From assembly GCA_047030855.1 (NCBI GenBank), contig JBKYIJ010000008.1, positions 1,464,489 through 1,528,488 on the forward strand: 64,000 nucleotides of DNA, written 5' to 3'. Position 1 is the first letter of the stretch; each line of letters starts with the position of its first letter. The position numbers and the translations under genes are program-made. Positions 30,858-41,154 of this stretch are shown here, piece after piece. This DNA is from Dysgonomonas sp. (GTDB lineage Bacteria; Bacteroidota; Bacteroidia; Bacteroidales; Dysgonomonadaceae). The notes under the pieces are model-generated. The model was given only the letters and a program-made list of their open reading frames with translations. It made no database searches and had not been told where the DNA came from.

Positions 30858-33851
30858 ATGAAAAAACTATTCACAACTCTTGTTGTTTCAGCGGGTATTT
30901 TTACGGCGGGATATTCTCAGCAATCGCTTGACAACAACGATCCGATACGTTATTTTAATGAGGGAAAAAATATGTTTGACGACAATAATTATGTCGGTGC
31001 GGAACATTCTCTTTCCGAGTTTAAAAAGAGGACGAAAGACGATAAGCTGATGATGGAGGCTGACTATATGATTGTCAGCTCAAAATTTTTCCGTGGCGGA
31101 GCGGATGCAGAGCTGCAATTGAAGGACTTTCTCGATACTTATTCCGAAACGTACCACAGGAACGAACTGTGCTTCTATATAGGAACCTGCCATTTCAACA
31201 AAAAAGAATGGGAAAAAGCTCTTTTCTGGCTCGATCAGTCGGATGTCAACCGGCTGAATATACAGGAGCAGGAAGATCACAGTTTCAGAAAAGCTTACGC
31301 CGCCTTGCAGACAGGCAATAAAGCGGAAGCGAAAAGACTGTTTGGACTATTGAGCATGCATAGTAAAAAATACAGCGATGCGGCTTCGTTCTATCTGGCT
31401 TATATTGATTTTCACGAAGGAAATTACGATCAGGCTTTACGGGTATTCAACCTGTTGAAGAACAAGCCCGAATACAGGGAAGAATCTTTGTTTTTCCTTA
31501 CGCAGGGGTACTTCATCAATAATGATTTGAGAAACGCCGTATCGGAAGGTGAAAGCTATACGAGAAATTATCCTAACAGCAAAAACACGAAGGAAATATA
31601 CAGAATACTGGGCAACAGTTACAACCGTCTTTATGATGTAAACAGTTCCATAGCCAACTATGAGAAATATATTTCGCTGGAAAGCAATCCTTTTCCGCAG
31701 GATATGTATATGCTTGGCGTATCTTATTATCAATCGGGAAATAATCAACGTGCAGCCGATGTGCTTAAATATGCCGCTTCGACCGACAACCAGTTGGGAC
31801 AGGCTGCTTATATGCAACTCGGACAGGCTTATCTGAAACTGAACGATACAACCAATGCCCTGTTGGCATTCGATGCCGCATCGCGCGTTAAATTTGACCG
31901 GAGTATCAGCGAAGCTGCCCTTTACAATTACGCTTTGCTCGTGCATCAGACATCCTTGTCGGTGTTCGATCAGTCTGTGACAGTTCTTCAGCGTTTTCTT
32001 ACCGAATACCCTTCATCGAAGTATGCCGATCAGATCAATGATATATTGGCATCGACGCTTTTGTCAACCAAAAACTACAATGCGGCGTTGAATGCGATCG
32101 ATGCGATCAGATCGCCCGGAAGGCAGGTGTTGATGGCTAAACAGATCATATATTTCCGTTTGGGGACGCAGGATTTTATTAATTCCGATTACGTGTCGGC
32201 TTCCCGCAATTTCGATGCTTGTATCAATATGGGCAATTATGATCCGAAAACAAGGAACGAATCTTACTTCTGGAAAGGAGAAATTGCTTACCGTGCGGGA
32301 GATTATTCCGTAGCGGAACGTAATTATCAGACATATATTAAAGGTGCTTCACGCTCGGATGAGAACTATGGCTTGGCTCTTTATAACTTGGGCTACACTT
32401 ATTTTAAATTGAAACAGTATAACAATTCTCTCCAGAATATGCGTCAGTATGCCGCACAGGAAAGCAACAGAAAATCATCGACTTATGCCGATGCGTTGAA
32501 CCGTATGGGTGACTGTTACCTGTACAACCGAAATTTTGCGGATGCCGAAAACGCTTATTCCCAAGCGGTGTCAGCCGATCCGTCGAATGCCGATTATGCC
32601 GAGTTTCAGAAAGCGTTTGTAATGGGGCTTCGTCGGAATTATAACGGAAAGATTTCCGCATTGGACGATATGATGCGTCGTTATCCTAACTCCTCTTATC
32701 TCGATGATGCGCTTTACGAGAAAAGCAGGGCGTTGGTAATGTTGAACAGGGACAGGGATGCGATAAATGTGATCGAAAAACTGTTGAAAGATTATCCTCA
32801 ATCGCCGTTGAATCAGCAGGCAGGCGTTCAGCTTGGGCAGTTGTATTTTAATGTAGGAAACCATCAGAAAGCGATAGAAGCCTATAAACGCGTTATCGGT
32901 AACTATCCTAATTCGGCGGAAGCACGGATTTCTATTAAGAGTCTGGAAAGCGTCTATAAGGAAATAAACGACATAAACGCTTATGCCTCCTATGTCAATT
33001 CACTTGGTGTTGGAACGGTCATAACTACTTCGCGTCAGGACACGCTGTCTTATCTGGCAGCCGAAAACGTATATATGAAAGGCAACAAAGCCAATTCGAA
33101 GAACGCATTGCAAACTTATCTGCAATCTTATCCGAACGGAGCCTATTCGGGCGATGCGCACTATCTGCTTGGATTTATGGCTTTTGAAGAGAATGATAAA
33201 AATACTGCCCTTCGTGAATTCAACTATGTTGTATCTGCCAATAATCGGAAATATATCAACGATGCGCTGATATATGTTTCGGGCATAGAGTTTGACAGAA
33301 AGAATTATCAGGCAGCTTACGACACTTATAAAAAACTCGATGCGGTGGCTTCGACAACCGACAACAAGAATGTGGCTCAATTGGGTATGCTTCGCAGCGC
33401 TTATCTGATGCAGAACAATAACGAAGTGATCGAAGCGGCGACTTTGTTGCTCGGCGGATCGAAGGTTTCGCCCGAAGTGGTTAACGAAGCCAGATATTAC
33501 AGGGCAAAAGCCCGCCTTAATATGAATATGAGGGATGCTGCCGTTTCTGACCTGAAGGAGTTGGCAAAGGATGCGCGTAACCTGTTCGGTGCGGAAGCTA
33601 ACTTTATGCTGGCGGATGTTTATTATCAGAACAAATCGTATGACGAGGCTATTAAGCAGATACAATCGTTCATGAAACAGGGAACTCCGCACGAGTTCTG
33701 GATGGCAAAGGCATTGATCGTTCTGTCCGACTGTTATGCAGCCAAAGGGGAAGATTTTCAGGCTAAGCAATACCTCGAAAGTTTGAAAGCAAACTATAAA
33801 GGAACTGAACAGGAAATTTCGAATGCGATCGATCAACGTTTAAACAAATAA
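30858..33851 (+). CDS. Large exported tetratricopeptide-repeat protein
   Basis: Signal peptide and TPR-like helices throughout, with recurrent YPxS turns (YPNS, YPSS, YPQS). Confidence 0.9.
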   Translation: MKKLFTTLVVSAGIFTAGYSQQSLDNNDPIRYFNEGKNMFDDNNYVGAEHSLSEFKKRTKDDKLMMEADYMIVSSKFFRGGADAELQLKDFLDTYSETYHRNELCFYIGTCHFNKKEWEKALFWLDQSDVNRLNIQEQEDHSFRKAYAALQTGNKAEAKRLFGLLSMHSKKYSDAASFYLAYIDFHEGNYDQALRVFNLLKNKPEYREESLFFLTQGYFINNDLRNAVSEGESYTRNYPNSKNTKEIYRILGNSYNRLYDVNSSIANYEKYISLESNPFPQDMYMLGVSYYQSGNNQRAADVLKYAASTDNQLGQAAYMQLGQAYLKLNDTTNALLAFDAASRVKFDRSISEAALYNYALLVHQTSLSVFDQSVTVLQRFLTEYPSSKYADQINDILASTLLSTKNYNAALNAIDAIRSPGRQVLMAKQIIYFRLGTQDFINSDYVSASRNFDACINMGNYDPKTRNESYFWKGEIAYRAGDYSVAERNYQTYIKGASRSDENYGLALYNLGYTYFKLKQYNNSLQNMRQYAAQESNRKSSTYADALNRMGDCYLYNRNFADAENAYSQAVSADPSNADYAEFQKAFVMGLRRNYNGKISALDDMMRRYPNSSYLDDALYEKSRALVMLNRDRDAINVIEKLLKDYPQSPLNQQAGVQLGQLYFNVGNHQKAIEAYKRVIGNYPNSAEARISIKSLESVYKEINDINAYASYVNSLGVGTVITTSRQDTLSYLAAENVYMKGNKANSKNALQTYLQSYPNGAYSGDAHYLLGFMAFEENDKNTALREFNYVVSANNRKYINDALIYVSGIEFDRKNYQAAYDTYKKLDAVASTTDNKNVAQLGMLRSAYLMQNNNEVIEAATLLLGGSKVSPEVVNEARYYRAKARLNMNMRDAAVSDLKELAKDARNLFGAEANFMLADVYYQNKSYDEAIKQIQSFMKQGTPHEFWMAKALIVLSDCYAAKGEDFQAKQYLESLKANYKGTEQEISNAIDQRLNK

Positions 33852-33878
33852 TTTGCCAACAGATTAAATCAGAAGAAA

Positions 33879-35627
33879 ATGAAAACAATATATAAGTCAG
33901 TAATATTATTTACAGCAGGTTTGGTTTCGGTTGCAAATTTGGCGGCGCAAAACGCCTCGCCGAAAGATTCGACGTTGAACAGGCAGATTCTGTTGGAAAG
34001 GGAATTTAACCCGACGTTGCAGGATGCGAGCAAGATCAATACGGTTCCTGCCATTCACGAACCGGTTGTTAAGCCTGCTCAGATTCAGTTTGAGACTAAA
34101 CAAGCGGATTTGCAATTCCAGACTTATCCTGTCGGCGACACGGGATCGGGTGATATTGCCACCGGTGTAGATTTCAGCAAGAAGAGAGGTTATCTGTCGT
34201 TTGCAGGCGGGAATTACATGAACCTGAAAGGTACTTTGGGTTACAGGGTTGTTGATGAAAAGAACGACAGGCTCGATTTTTTCTTCCGGCACAATTCTAC
34301 TAACGGCGATGTAAAGTATGCCGATAAAACAAATGGTTTGGATAAGGCCAAAGCGAAATACATGAACAATTTCGTAAAGGCGGAATACGAACATTCGTTC
34401 GAGTTTCTTTCTTGGTTCTTGAATGCTAAGTTTGACGGAACAAGTTTTAATTATTACGGAAATCCGTTTAGTGCTAATTCTTTTGAAATGGATAAAAAAC
34501 AGAATGTTAATTCTTTCGGTGCAGAAACAGGCGTTAAGTCGAATGAAAATAACGAGTTTGTTTACAGCGGATCGTTGAGTTTCGATCATTTTTCCGCTAA
34601 ATATGGACCTCTGGTTGCTGATGACGGAGTAAGCGGAAACATAATCAGGGCTAAGTTTGATATGGCTGCTCCCATGAGCGGTTACCGAAACCTTATAGGA
34701 TTGAAGCTGGGTGTTATGAATCAGGGTTTCTCGGACGTGAAATTTGCCGAAAAAGATATTGATTTTCATAGTTTTACCAGATTGCATGCTACTCCTTATT
34801 TCAGAATCAACGGTGATGATTATTCCGTATCGCTTGGTGTGAATTTTGATTATGCCATTGATCAGGAGAACAAGTTTGTCGTTTCTCCCGATGTTAAGAT
34901 GAACTGGCAGTTTGCCGATAAAACATCTTTGTATCTGAACGCGACAGGAGGAGTGAATGAGAACGATTACCTGTCGATAATGGCTGAAAACCGTTATGTG
35001 GATATGAGCCGAAAAGTTGCCTATTCACGTACTTTGGCAGATGCAACTTTAGGGATAAAATCGGGCATAATAAACGGTTTTGAATTCGATGTTTTTGCAG
35101 GATATAAATATACGAAGGACGAGCATCTGTATTCTTCCGAAAGTAACGGGAACTTTTACAGTTGGGCGAATATAAGCGATGTCCGTTATTATGATGTCGG
35201 AGTAGGAAGCATAGGGGCTTTAATAAAGACAAACCTTATTCCTTACACGGACTTGTCTGCAAAGTTTGTCGGTTATTTCTACGATGTCACTGATAATAAT
35301 GACTATATTGGCGGTGCTATACCTGAGGAAAAACCGTGGAATCTGCCCAAAGCAACATTGAATATCAATGCGGATTTTCATCCTTTGAAAGAACTGAAAT
35401 TGTCAGTCGGATATTATCTGGCAACGGGCAGGGAAACCGAATACATGGGTAAAAGCATAGATATGAAGAATATTAGTGAACTGAATATCGGTGCAGATTA
35501 TCAGATACTGGACTGGGTGACTGTTTTTGCCAGACTGAATAATGTATTGAATCAGAAGTATGAAACTTGGTACGGATACACTCATCAAGGTTTTAACGTA
35601 ATGGGCGGAGTGAGCCTTAAGTTTTGA
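33879..35627 (+). CDS. Outer-membrane beta-barrel protein (TonB-dependent-receptor-like C-terminus)
   Basis: Signal peptide, EREFNPTLQDASKI N-terminal segment, amphipathic strands, LNNVLNQKY...GFNVMGGVSLKF ending in Phe. Confidence 0.8.
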   Translation: MKTIYKSVILFTAGLVSVANLAAQNASPKDSTLNRQILLEREFNPTLQDASKINTVPAIHEPVVKPAQIQFETKQADLQFQTYPVGDTGSGDIATGVDFSKKRGYLSFAGGNYMNLKGTLGYRVVDEKNDRLDFFFRHNSTNGDVKYADKTNGLDKAKAKYMNNFVKAEYEHSFEFLSWFLNAKFDGTSFNYYGNPFSANSFEMDKKQNVNSFGAETGVKSNENNEFVYSGSLSFDHFSAKYGPLVADDGVSGNIIRAKFDMAAPMSGYRNLIGLKLGVMNQGFSDVKFAEKDIDFHSFTRLHATPYFRINGDDYSVSLGVNFDYAIDQENKFVVSPDVKMNWQFADKTSLYLNATGGVNENDYLSIMAENRYVDMSRKVAYSRTLADATLGIKSGIINGFEFDVFAGYKYTKDEHLYSSESNGNFYSWANISDVRYYDVGVGSIGALIKTNLIPYTDLSAKFVGYFYDVTDNNDYIGGAIPEEKPWNLPKATLNINADFHPLKELKLSVGYYLATGRETEYMGKSIDMKNISELNIGADYQILDWVTVFARLNNVLNQKYETWYGYTHQGFNVMGGVSLKF

Positions 35628-35649
35628 CGTTGTTTTAATAAAAGATACG

Positions 35650-35676
35650 AAAGCTCGAATAAATGTTCGGGCTTTT
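35650..35676. terminator. Intrinsic terminator between convergent operons
   Basis: AAAGCTCGAAT-aaat-GTTCGGGCTTTT. Confidence 0.65.
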
Positions 35677-36274
35677 ATTTTTTTACCAGAGTGGGGTAGT
35701 CGGCTGTTTCGAGAAGTTCCCTGTCTCCGCTGCTGTCCCCGTAAGCGTATAATGTATAATCTTTAATGTTCGGATATTCTGCCGAAAGGCGGTTGACTTT
35801 TTCTTTTCCGTAGCAGTTTTTTGATGAGAATTTTCCTGTGACCGTATTATCTTTGACCTCTATCTCGGTAGCCAGAACCTTCTCGATTCCTGCTGATTTA
35901 GCCCAAGGTTCGATCCAGTTTCTGACAGATGCACTGATGATAATCACGACGTGTGATTGCTGCCGATGCCATTTTATCTTTTCAATAATTTCTTTGTTCG
36001 TAATTTCAACTATTCTTTGAGAATATTTTGTGCATATTTCGTTGAAATGATCCGCAGGTTCATTTTTAAAAAAGTAAGAAAACATTTTTTGCTTGGCATC
36101 GTCGTTTGTCGTAATCTTTAGGAGATACATCAGCAGGGTAGGAGAAAGAACTATCAGACCTGTAAACAATCTGAACCTTCCGTGATAGAAAGAGATGAAG
36201 TCGAAAAGGGTATCCTTTGTCGTAATTGTTCCGTCAAAATCGAAAGCGGCGATTGTTTTTTTCTCGGATTCCAT
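35675..36274 (-). CDS. HAD-IB family phosphatase
   Basis: Motif I AFDFDGTIT, motif II ISAS, motif III CYGKEK, motif IV YGDSSGD. Confidence 0.9.
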   Translation of the reverse strand: MESEKKTIAAFDFDGTITTKDTLFDFISFYHGRFRLFTGLIVLSPTLLMYLLKITTNDDAKQKMFSYFFKNEPADHFNEICTKYSQRIVEITNKEIIEKIKWHRQQSHVVIIISASVRNWIEPWAKSAGIEKVLATEIEVKDNTVTGKFSSKNCYGKEKVNRLSAEYPNIKDYTLYAYGDSSGDRELLETADYPTLVKK

Positions 36275-36275
36275 T

Positions 36276-37163
36276 TTACATTTTCTCTATCATATAGATG
36301 CCGACGAAAGATACAGCCCAGCATGCTATGTCGATTTGCAGAAATCTGTCTTTCAAGATGAGGGACGTAGGGCTATCCCCTTTTTTATACACGAAGAGCA
36401 CTTGCAGGTATCTGAACAATCCCAATATTACAAACAGAGAAGTGAGATACATATAATTACCGTTGCGGGCTACAACCTCAGGCGAGATCGTATATAATAT
36501 ATATCCGATGATAATTGCCGTAACCACTACTATAATTATTGCATTCAGGAACTCGGCATTGTATCCGTTCAGGCTTTTTCGCATTTGCTTGCCCGTTTCT
36601 TCCAGAATCGTGATGTCATTCCTGCGTTTTCCGAGAACGAGGAGTAATGCGAGAAGGAAAGTGAGTATTATAATCCAGTAGGACAAATGCACTCCTGAAA
36701 CGAAGCTTCCGATGAAAAGACGAATGACAAATCCGATTGCGACTATGGTTACGTCGATTATTGCAAACTGTTTTAGTTTTAAAGAATATGCAATATTCAT
36801 AATGAAATAAGCGACTAACAATAATAATGCGTCCGTATCGGCAATAACAAAGACATAAATTGCTATTCCCGCAACGAGTAATAGGGACAGAATAACGGCA
36901 GCTTCTTTCTTACTGACTGCACCCGAAGCCAAAGGACGATATTTCTTTTTGGGGTGAAGCCTGTCCGCTTCAATGTCGCACCGGTCATTTATTATATATA
37001 CTGCGCTTGCGGTGAAAGAAAATCCGACGAAAGCAAAGCACAAATTAATAATTGCGTTTATATCCGTAAACTTAAAAGCAAAAAATACGGGCGCGAAGAT
37101 GAAAAAATTCTTCATCCACTGATTTACACGCAAAAGCTTTATATAGTTTACGATTTGTGACAT
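36276..37163 (-). CDS. UbiA-superfamily polyprenyl-phosphate phosphoribosyltransferase (DPPR-synthase-like)
   Basis: RVNQWMKNFFIFAP, YIINDRCDIEADRLHPKKKYRPLASG, AYSLKLK, GFVIR, GKRR and DSPT are typical of the decaprenyl-phosphate phosphoribosyltransferase subfamily. Confidence 0.88.
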   Translation of the reverse strand: MSQIVNYIKLLRVNQWMKNFFIFAPVFFAFKFTDINAIINLCFAFVGFSFTASAVYIINDRCDIEADRLHPKKKYRPLASGAVSKKEAAVILSLLLVAGIAIYVFVIADTDALLLLVAYFIMNIAYSLKLKQFAIIDVTIVAIGFVIRLFIGSFVSGVHLSYWIIILTFLLALLLVLGKRRNDITILEETGKQMRKSLNGYNAEFLNAIIIVVVTAIIIGYILYTISPEVVARNGNYMYLTSLFVILGLFRYLQVLFVYKKGDSPTSLILKDRFLQIDIACWAVSFVGIYMIEKM

Positions 37164-37164
37164 A

Positions 37165-38437
37165 TTATGCGTTTAAATTTACGGGAAAATTCTCGATTGC
37201 CAAAACTATAAATTCGTTTAGCTTCACGAAATTATTTATTCCCAAACATATTAGCATGACAACGAATATCGTAAGAAGGAACTTTTTTTGCGGTACAGAC
37301 TTGTACAACCATCCCAAAAGAAGGGGAATCGTGTAAACCCAATGCCCTCCGTAAATAAACGGATCGTCTATTCCGTATTGGAATATCACATGAATAAAAA
37401 TATCAACGAACAATAATGATGCAACCAGCAATACAAGTTTATTTTTGTAATTTTTTATTATAGAAAAGCAAAGTAATCCTGTAAGTATGCCAATAAATAG
37501 ATATTGCCACCAGTGAGTGTAATAATCCGTTGTTATACCTTGTAATATTGGATTAGTTGGTAATGACCGCATGGAAAGATGCGGAAAAAGAACAGGAGAA
37601 CCCCAGAATAAGTCAACGGCATTTTTAAAGAAATTCTGTTCTTCTGTCGTTCCTGTGAACAAATTTATTCTTTCATGCAGATCGGATATAATGTCTTTGC
37701 TAAATATTTGATATGATAATATGCATAAAAACAAGAAAGAAAGAATTGTTATTTTTATTATAATTCTTTTTTTATTCTCATTCGAAAATAAAAAAAGGAA
37801 CTATCCCTTTAATAAAGTTTGTCGTTGTTACAAACCCTAAAGGCATAGACAAACATAATCCTGAAACAAAGGGGATTTCTTTATTACTTTTAATATAGCA
37901 AGAGTAATAATAAACTGAAAATGTTAATAAAAAAGCGGATATAGGATATGATTCAGGTGTAAAACTTATAATAAGGTTTGTTGAAAACAATCCGTAGAAT
38001 AATACCAGAATAAAAGAAGGTAACTTTTTTATTTCGGCAATTTCTTGTAGATACCGATAAACATATATTGTAGAAAAAGATATGAGTGCACCTGTCAGAA
38101 CGCAAAGGAAAATAGTTTTAGCCTTATATGTTCCAAATATTTTTGTTAAAAAATTTCCTGTTAGAATTGCTGGTTTGGTAAAAACCGTTATGAGTGTGTG
38201 TGATTCGAAATTTTCAACACCTGTTTTGTATATTTTTGCATGATCGAAGGAAAATATAGTATCAAGAGCGTATACTTCATCAATAATTCCTGACTTTAAA
38301 ATAATTATCAGCGAATATGAAAGATAGAATATCAGAAAGCCTATTAAAAGATAGATTTCATTTCTGTCCTTAGGAATAATGGCTTGTAGTAGTAGCTTTA
38401 TTTGTGTTAAGCTTCCCTTAAACTTGTATTTCGTCAT
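37165..38437 (-). CDS. Polytopic membrane protein, DUF6080-like (candidate GT-C), split by one extra base
   Basis: Removing one base from the A7 run at 37790-37796 joins the two track ORFs (VPFLFSNENKKRIIIKITILSFLFLC) into a 423-aa multi-TM protein with DTIFSFD, FTPESYP, TTTNF and FIYGGHW motifs. Confidence 0.72.
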
Positions 38438-38476
38438 AGTAAACTCTAAAATAGCCTTTCAATAGAATCCGATTCG

Positions 38477-38484
38477 CAAATATA
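38477..38484 (-). promoter_or_regulatory. -7 promoter element for the DUF6080-like/UbiA/HAD cassette
   Basis: CAAATATA on + (TATATTTG on -), about 40 nt upstream of ATG 38437 and downstream of the asnS terminator. Confidence 0.6.
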
Positions 38485-38516
38485 TTGGATTATATCTAAT
38501 ATAGAGTATACAGCTT

Positions 38517-38550
38517 AAAATAAAATGTTGGACTTTTTCAGCCCAACATT
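38517..38550 (-). terminator. Intrinsic terminator after asnS
   Basis: On -: AATGTTGGGCT-gaaaa-AGTCCAACATT followed by TTATTTT. Confidence 0.65.
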
Positions 38551-38572
38551 CTTTATTTTTTGGTTGATTTGT

Positions 38573-39970
38573 TTAAAAATCAGCATTCTTCGGCGTACGC
38601 GGAAACGGTATTACGTCCCGGATGTTAGCCATTCCTGTAACGAACAGTATCAATCTTTCAAAACCCAGTCCAAAACCTGCATGAGGTGCTGTGCCGAATT
38701 TTCGGATATCCATGTACCACCAGATAGGGTCGACGTTCATTCCAAGTTCGTTAACGCGGCTCATCAATTTGTCGTAGTCGGTTTCGCGTTCCGATCCTCC
38801 TATTATTTCCCCGATTTTCGGGAACAAGACATCCATACCCCGAACGGTTTTTCCGTCCTCGTTCTGTTTCATATAGAACGATTTGATTTCTTTCGGATAA
38901 TCGGTCAGAATGACAGGACGTCTAAAATGTTTTTCGACAAGATAGCGTTCATGTTCTGATTGCAGGTCTGCCCCCCAGAATACGGGGAATTCAAATTTCT
39001 GTCCGCTTTCCTCCAGTATTTTAACGCCTTCGGTATAAGTCAGTCTTACAAAATTGTTCTCTACAACGAATTTTAATCTTTCGATAAGTTCCTTGTCATA
39101 CATTTCGTTAAGGAAAGAAATGTCGTCCATGCAATTTTCCAAAGCATATCGGATGAGGTATTTCAGAAAATCTTCCGCCAGATCCATATTGTCGTTGTTG
39201 TCATTGAAAGCAACTTCGGGCTCGATCATCCAGAACTCGGCAAGATGTCGCGGAGTATTCGAATTTTCGGCGCGGAAAGTAGGTCCGAAAGTATAAATCG
39301 CTCCCAGCGACATTGCACCCAATTCTCCTTCCAGCTGGCCTGAAACGGTAAGGTTAGTTTGCCTTCCGAAGAAGTCTTGGCTGTAATCTATTTTTCCGTC
39401 TTCGGTTCTGGGCAGATTATTGAAATCTAAGGTCGTAGCCTCAAACATTGAACCCGCACCTTCCGCATCGGAAGCTGTTATGATCGGAGTATGAAAATAG
39501 AAGAAACCGTGATCGTTGAAATACTTGTGAATAGCATATGCCATATGATGACGCATACGGAAAATCGCTCCGAAAGTATTTGTGCGGGGACGGAGGTGTG
39601 CTATCTCACGCAGGAATTCGAGCGAATGCCCTTTCTTTTGCAGAGGGTATTCCACAGGATCGGCAGTTCCGTATATTTCAACGGTTTCGGCGATGATTTC
39701 ACCTTTCTGTCCTTTTCCCTGCGATTCGACATAAACGCCTTTCACATGCAGGCATGCACCCGTTGTGATAGGCTTTAAAGCTTCTTCCCCAAACTTCTCG
39801 ACATCTATTACGATCTGTATATTATTAATGGTAGAACCATCATTAAGTGCGACGAAACTGACGTTTTTATTTCCCCTTCGGGTGCGTACCCATCCTTTTA
39901 CACTTACGGTTGCTTCAAAAGGAGTGTTCTGAAGCAAGTCAACGATTTTAGTTCTGCTGGTTGTTCCCAT
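38573..39970 (-). CDS. asnS: Asparagine--tRNA ligase
   Basis: [36 protein letters not shown] and GFGLGFERL motifs. Confidence 0.98.
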   Translation of the reverse strand: MGTTSRTKIVDLLQNTPFEATVSVKGWVRTRRGNKNVSFVALNDGSTINNIQIVIDVEKFGEEALKPITTGACLHVKGVYVESQGKGQKGEIIAETVEIYGTADPVEYPLQKKGHSLEFLREIAHLRPRTNTFGAIFRMRHHMAYAIHKYFNDHGFFYFHTPIITASDAEGAGSMFEATTLDFNNLPRTEDGKIDYSQDFFGRQTNLTVSGQLEGELGAMSLGAIYTFGPTFRAENSNTPRHLAEFWMIEPEVAFNDNNDNMDLAEDFLKYLIRYALENCMDDISFLNEMYDKELIERLKFVVENNFVRLTYTEGVKILEESGQKFEFPVFWGADLQSEHERYLVEKHFRRPVILTDYPKEIKSFYMKQNEDGKTVRGMDVLFPKIGEIIGGSERETDYDKLMSRVNELGMNVDPIWWYMDIRKFGTAPHAGFGLGFERLILFVTGMANIRDVIPFPRTPKNADF

Positions 39971-39998
39971 TATTTTATTTTTTATTTTTTTCTGTTAT

Positions 39999-41092
39999 TT
40001 ATTCATACGCTCCCATGCGTAGCATGTTCACTTCTTTTTCTGTCAGGTATCTCCATCTGCCGCGGGGCAGGTTCTTTTTAGTCAGTCCTGCGAAATAAAC
40101 ACGGTCGAGTTTTACTACCTGATATCCGAGCTTTTCAAAAATGCGGCGGACAACACGGTTTCTTCCCGAATGTATTTCTATGCCGACTTCGTTCAGCACG
40201 TCTTCAGCGACATAAGCGATCGAATCGGCGTGTATTTCCCCGTCGTCCAGCTCAATGCCGTCGGCTATCGCCTGCATGTCTTCTATTGCTACGTCCCTGT
40301 CGAGGCGAACCTGATAGATTTTTTTCTTTTTAAACTTCGGGTGCATCAGTTTGGATGCAAGATCGCCGTCGTTTGTCAAAAGCAGGACGCCTGTCGTATT
40401 CCTGTCAAGTCTTCCCACAGGATAAATACGTTCGGTACAAGCGTTTTTTACAAGATCCATAACCGTTTTCCTGTTTTCGGGATCGTCCGAAGTCGTAACG
40501 CAGTTCTTCGGTTTGTTCAGCAGCACATATATCTTGCTCTCGAGGCTGACAAGCTGATCGTGGAACGTAACATGATCTCCTCGCGTCACTTTTGCTCCCA
40601 ATTCGGACACAACCTGTCCGTTAACTTTCACTACGCCTGCCGTAATATAAGAATCGGCTTCACGGCGCGAACATACGCCTGCATTCGCCAGATACTTGTT
40701 GAGGCGTATCGGAGTGTTCGGATCAATGTTTTCTTTATACTTAACGGGTTTAATAAGTATTTTCTTTTTACTTATTATTCTTGTCGCGGGTGTTCTTTGA
40801 GCCGACCTTTTTATTATAGCCGCCTCCTTGATTGTAACCGCCGCCCCTGTTATCTCTCCTTTGTGTAGAATAACCATTGGAACTTCTTCTGTCATTCCTG
40901 TTGTTGTCTCTGCTTACATTGCTTGTCCCTACTCGGTTAAGCGATGTTCGGGTGTCTCCGACTCTCGGGCGTTTTTTCTTTATCGGAATTCCGTTTTGAT
41001 TGTTGAAATTCCCCTCCATTCCTTGAAGATGAACGACCCTCCCGGCTTTCATTACCGTCTTGATAACGAAAATCATCTTTGTCTGTAATCAT
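39999..41092 (-). CDS. rRNA pseudouridine synthase (RluB/RsuA family) with low-complexity N-terminus; two frameshifts
   Basis: RLNKYLANAGVCSRREAD (S4), YPVGRLDRNTTG and GRNRVVRR. From ATG 41092, removing one base each at C4 (41011-41014) and T5 (40808-40812) gives a continuous R/N/G-rich N-terminus. Confidence 0.88.
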
Positions 41093-41154
41093 AGTTTTGT
41101 CAAGTTAATTTGATTAATAAAACGTTTTAATTGTACCCTCACGGGCAGTTATTT

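Noticed and set aside
33000..34787. 278-aa and 293-aa antisense ORFs within the TPR and barrel genes
   Set aside because: Fully overlap well-supported + strand genes and look like reverse-frame translations.
40170..40868. 232-aa + strand ORF
   Set aside because: Antisense shadow of the pseudouridine synthase.
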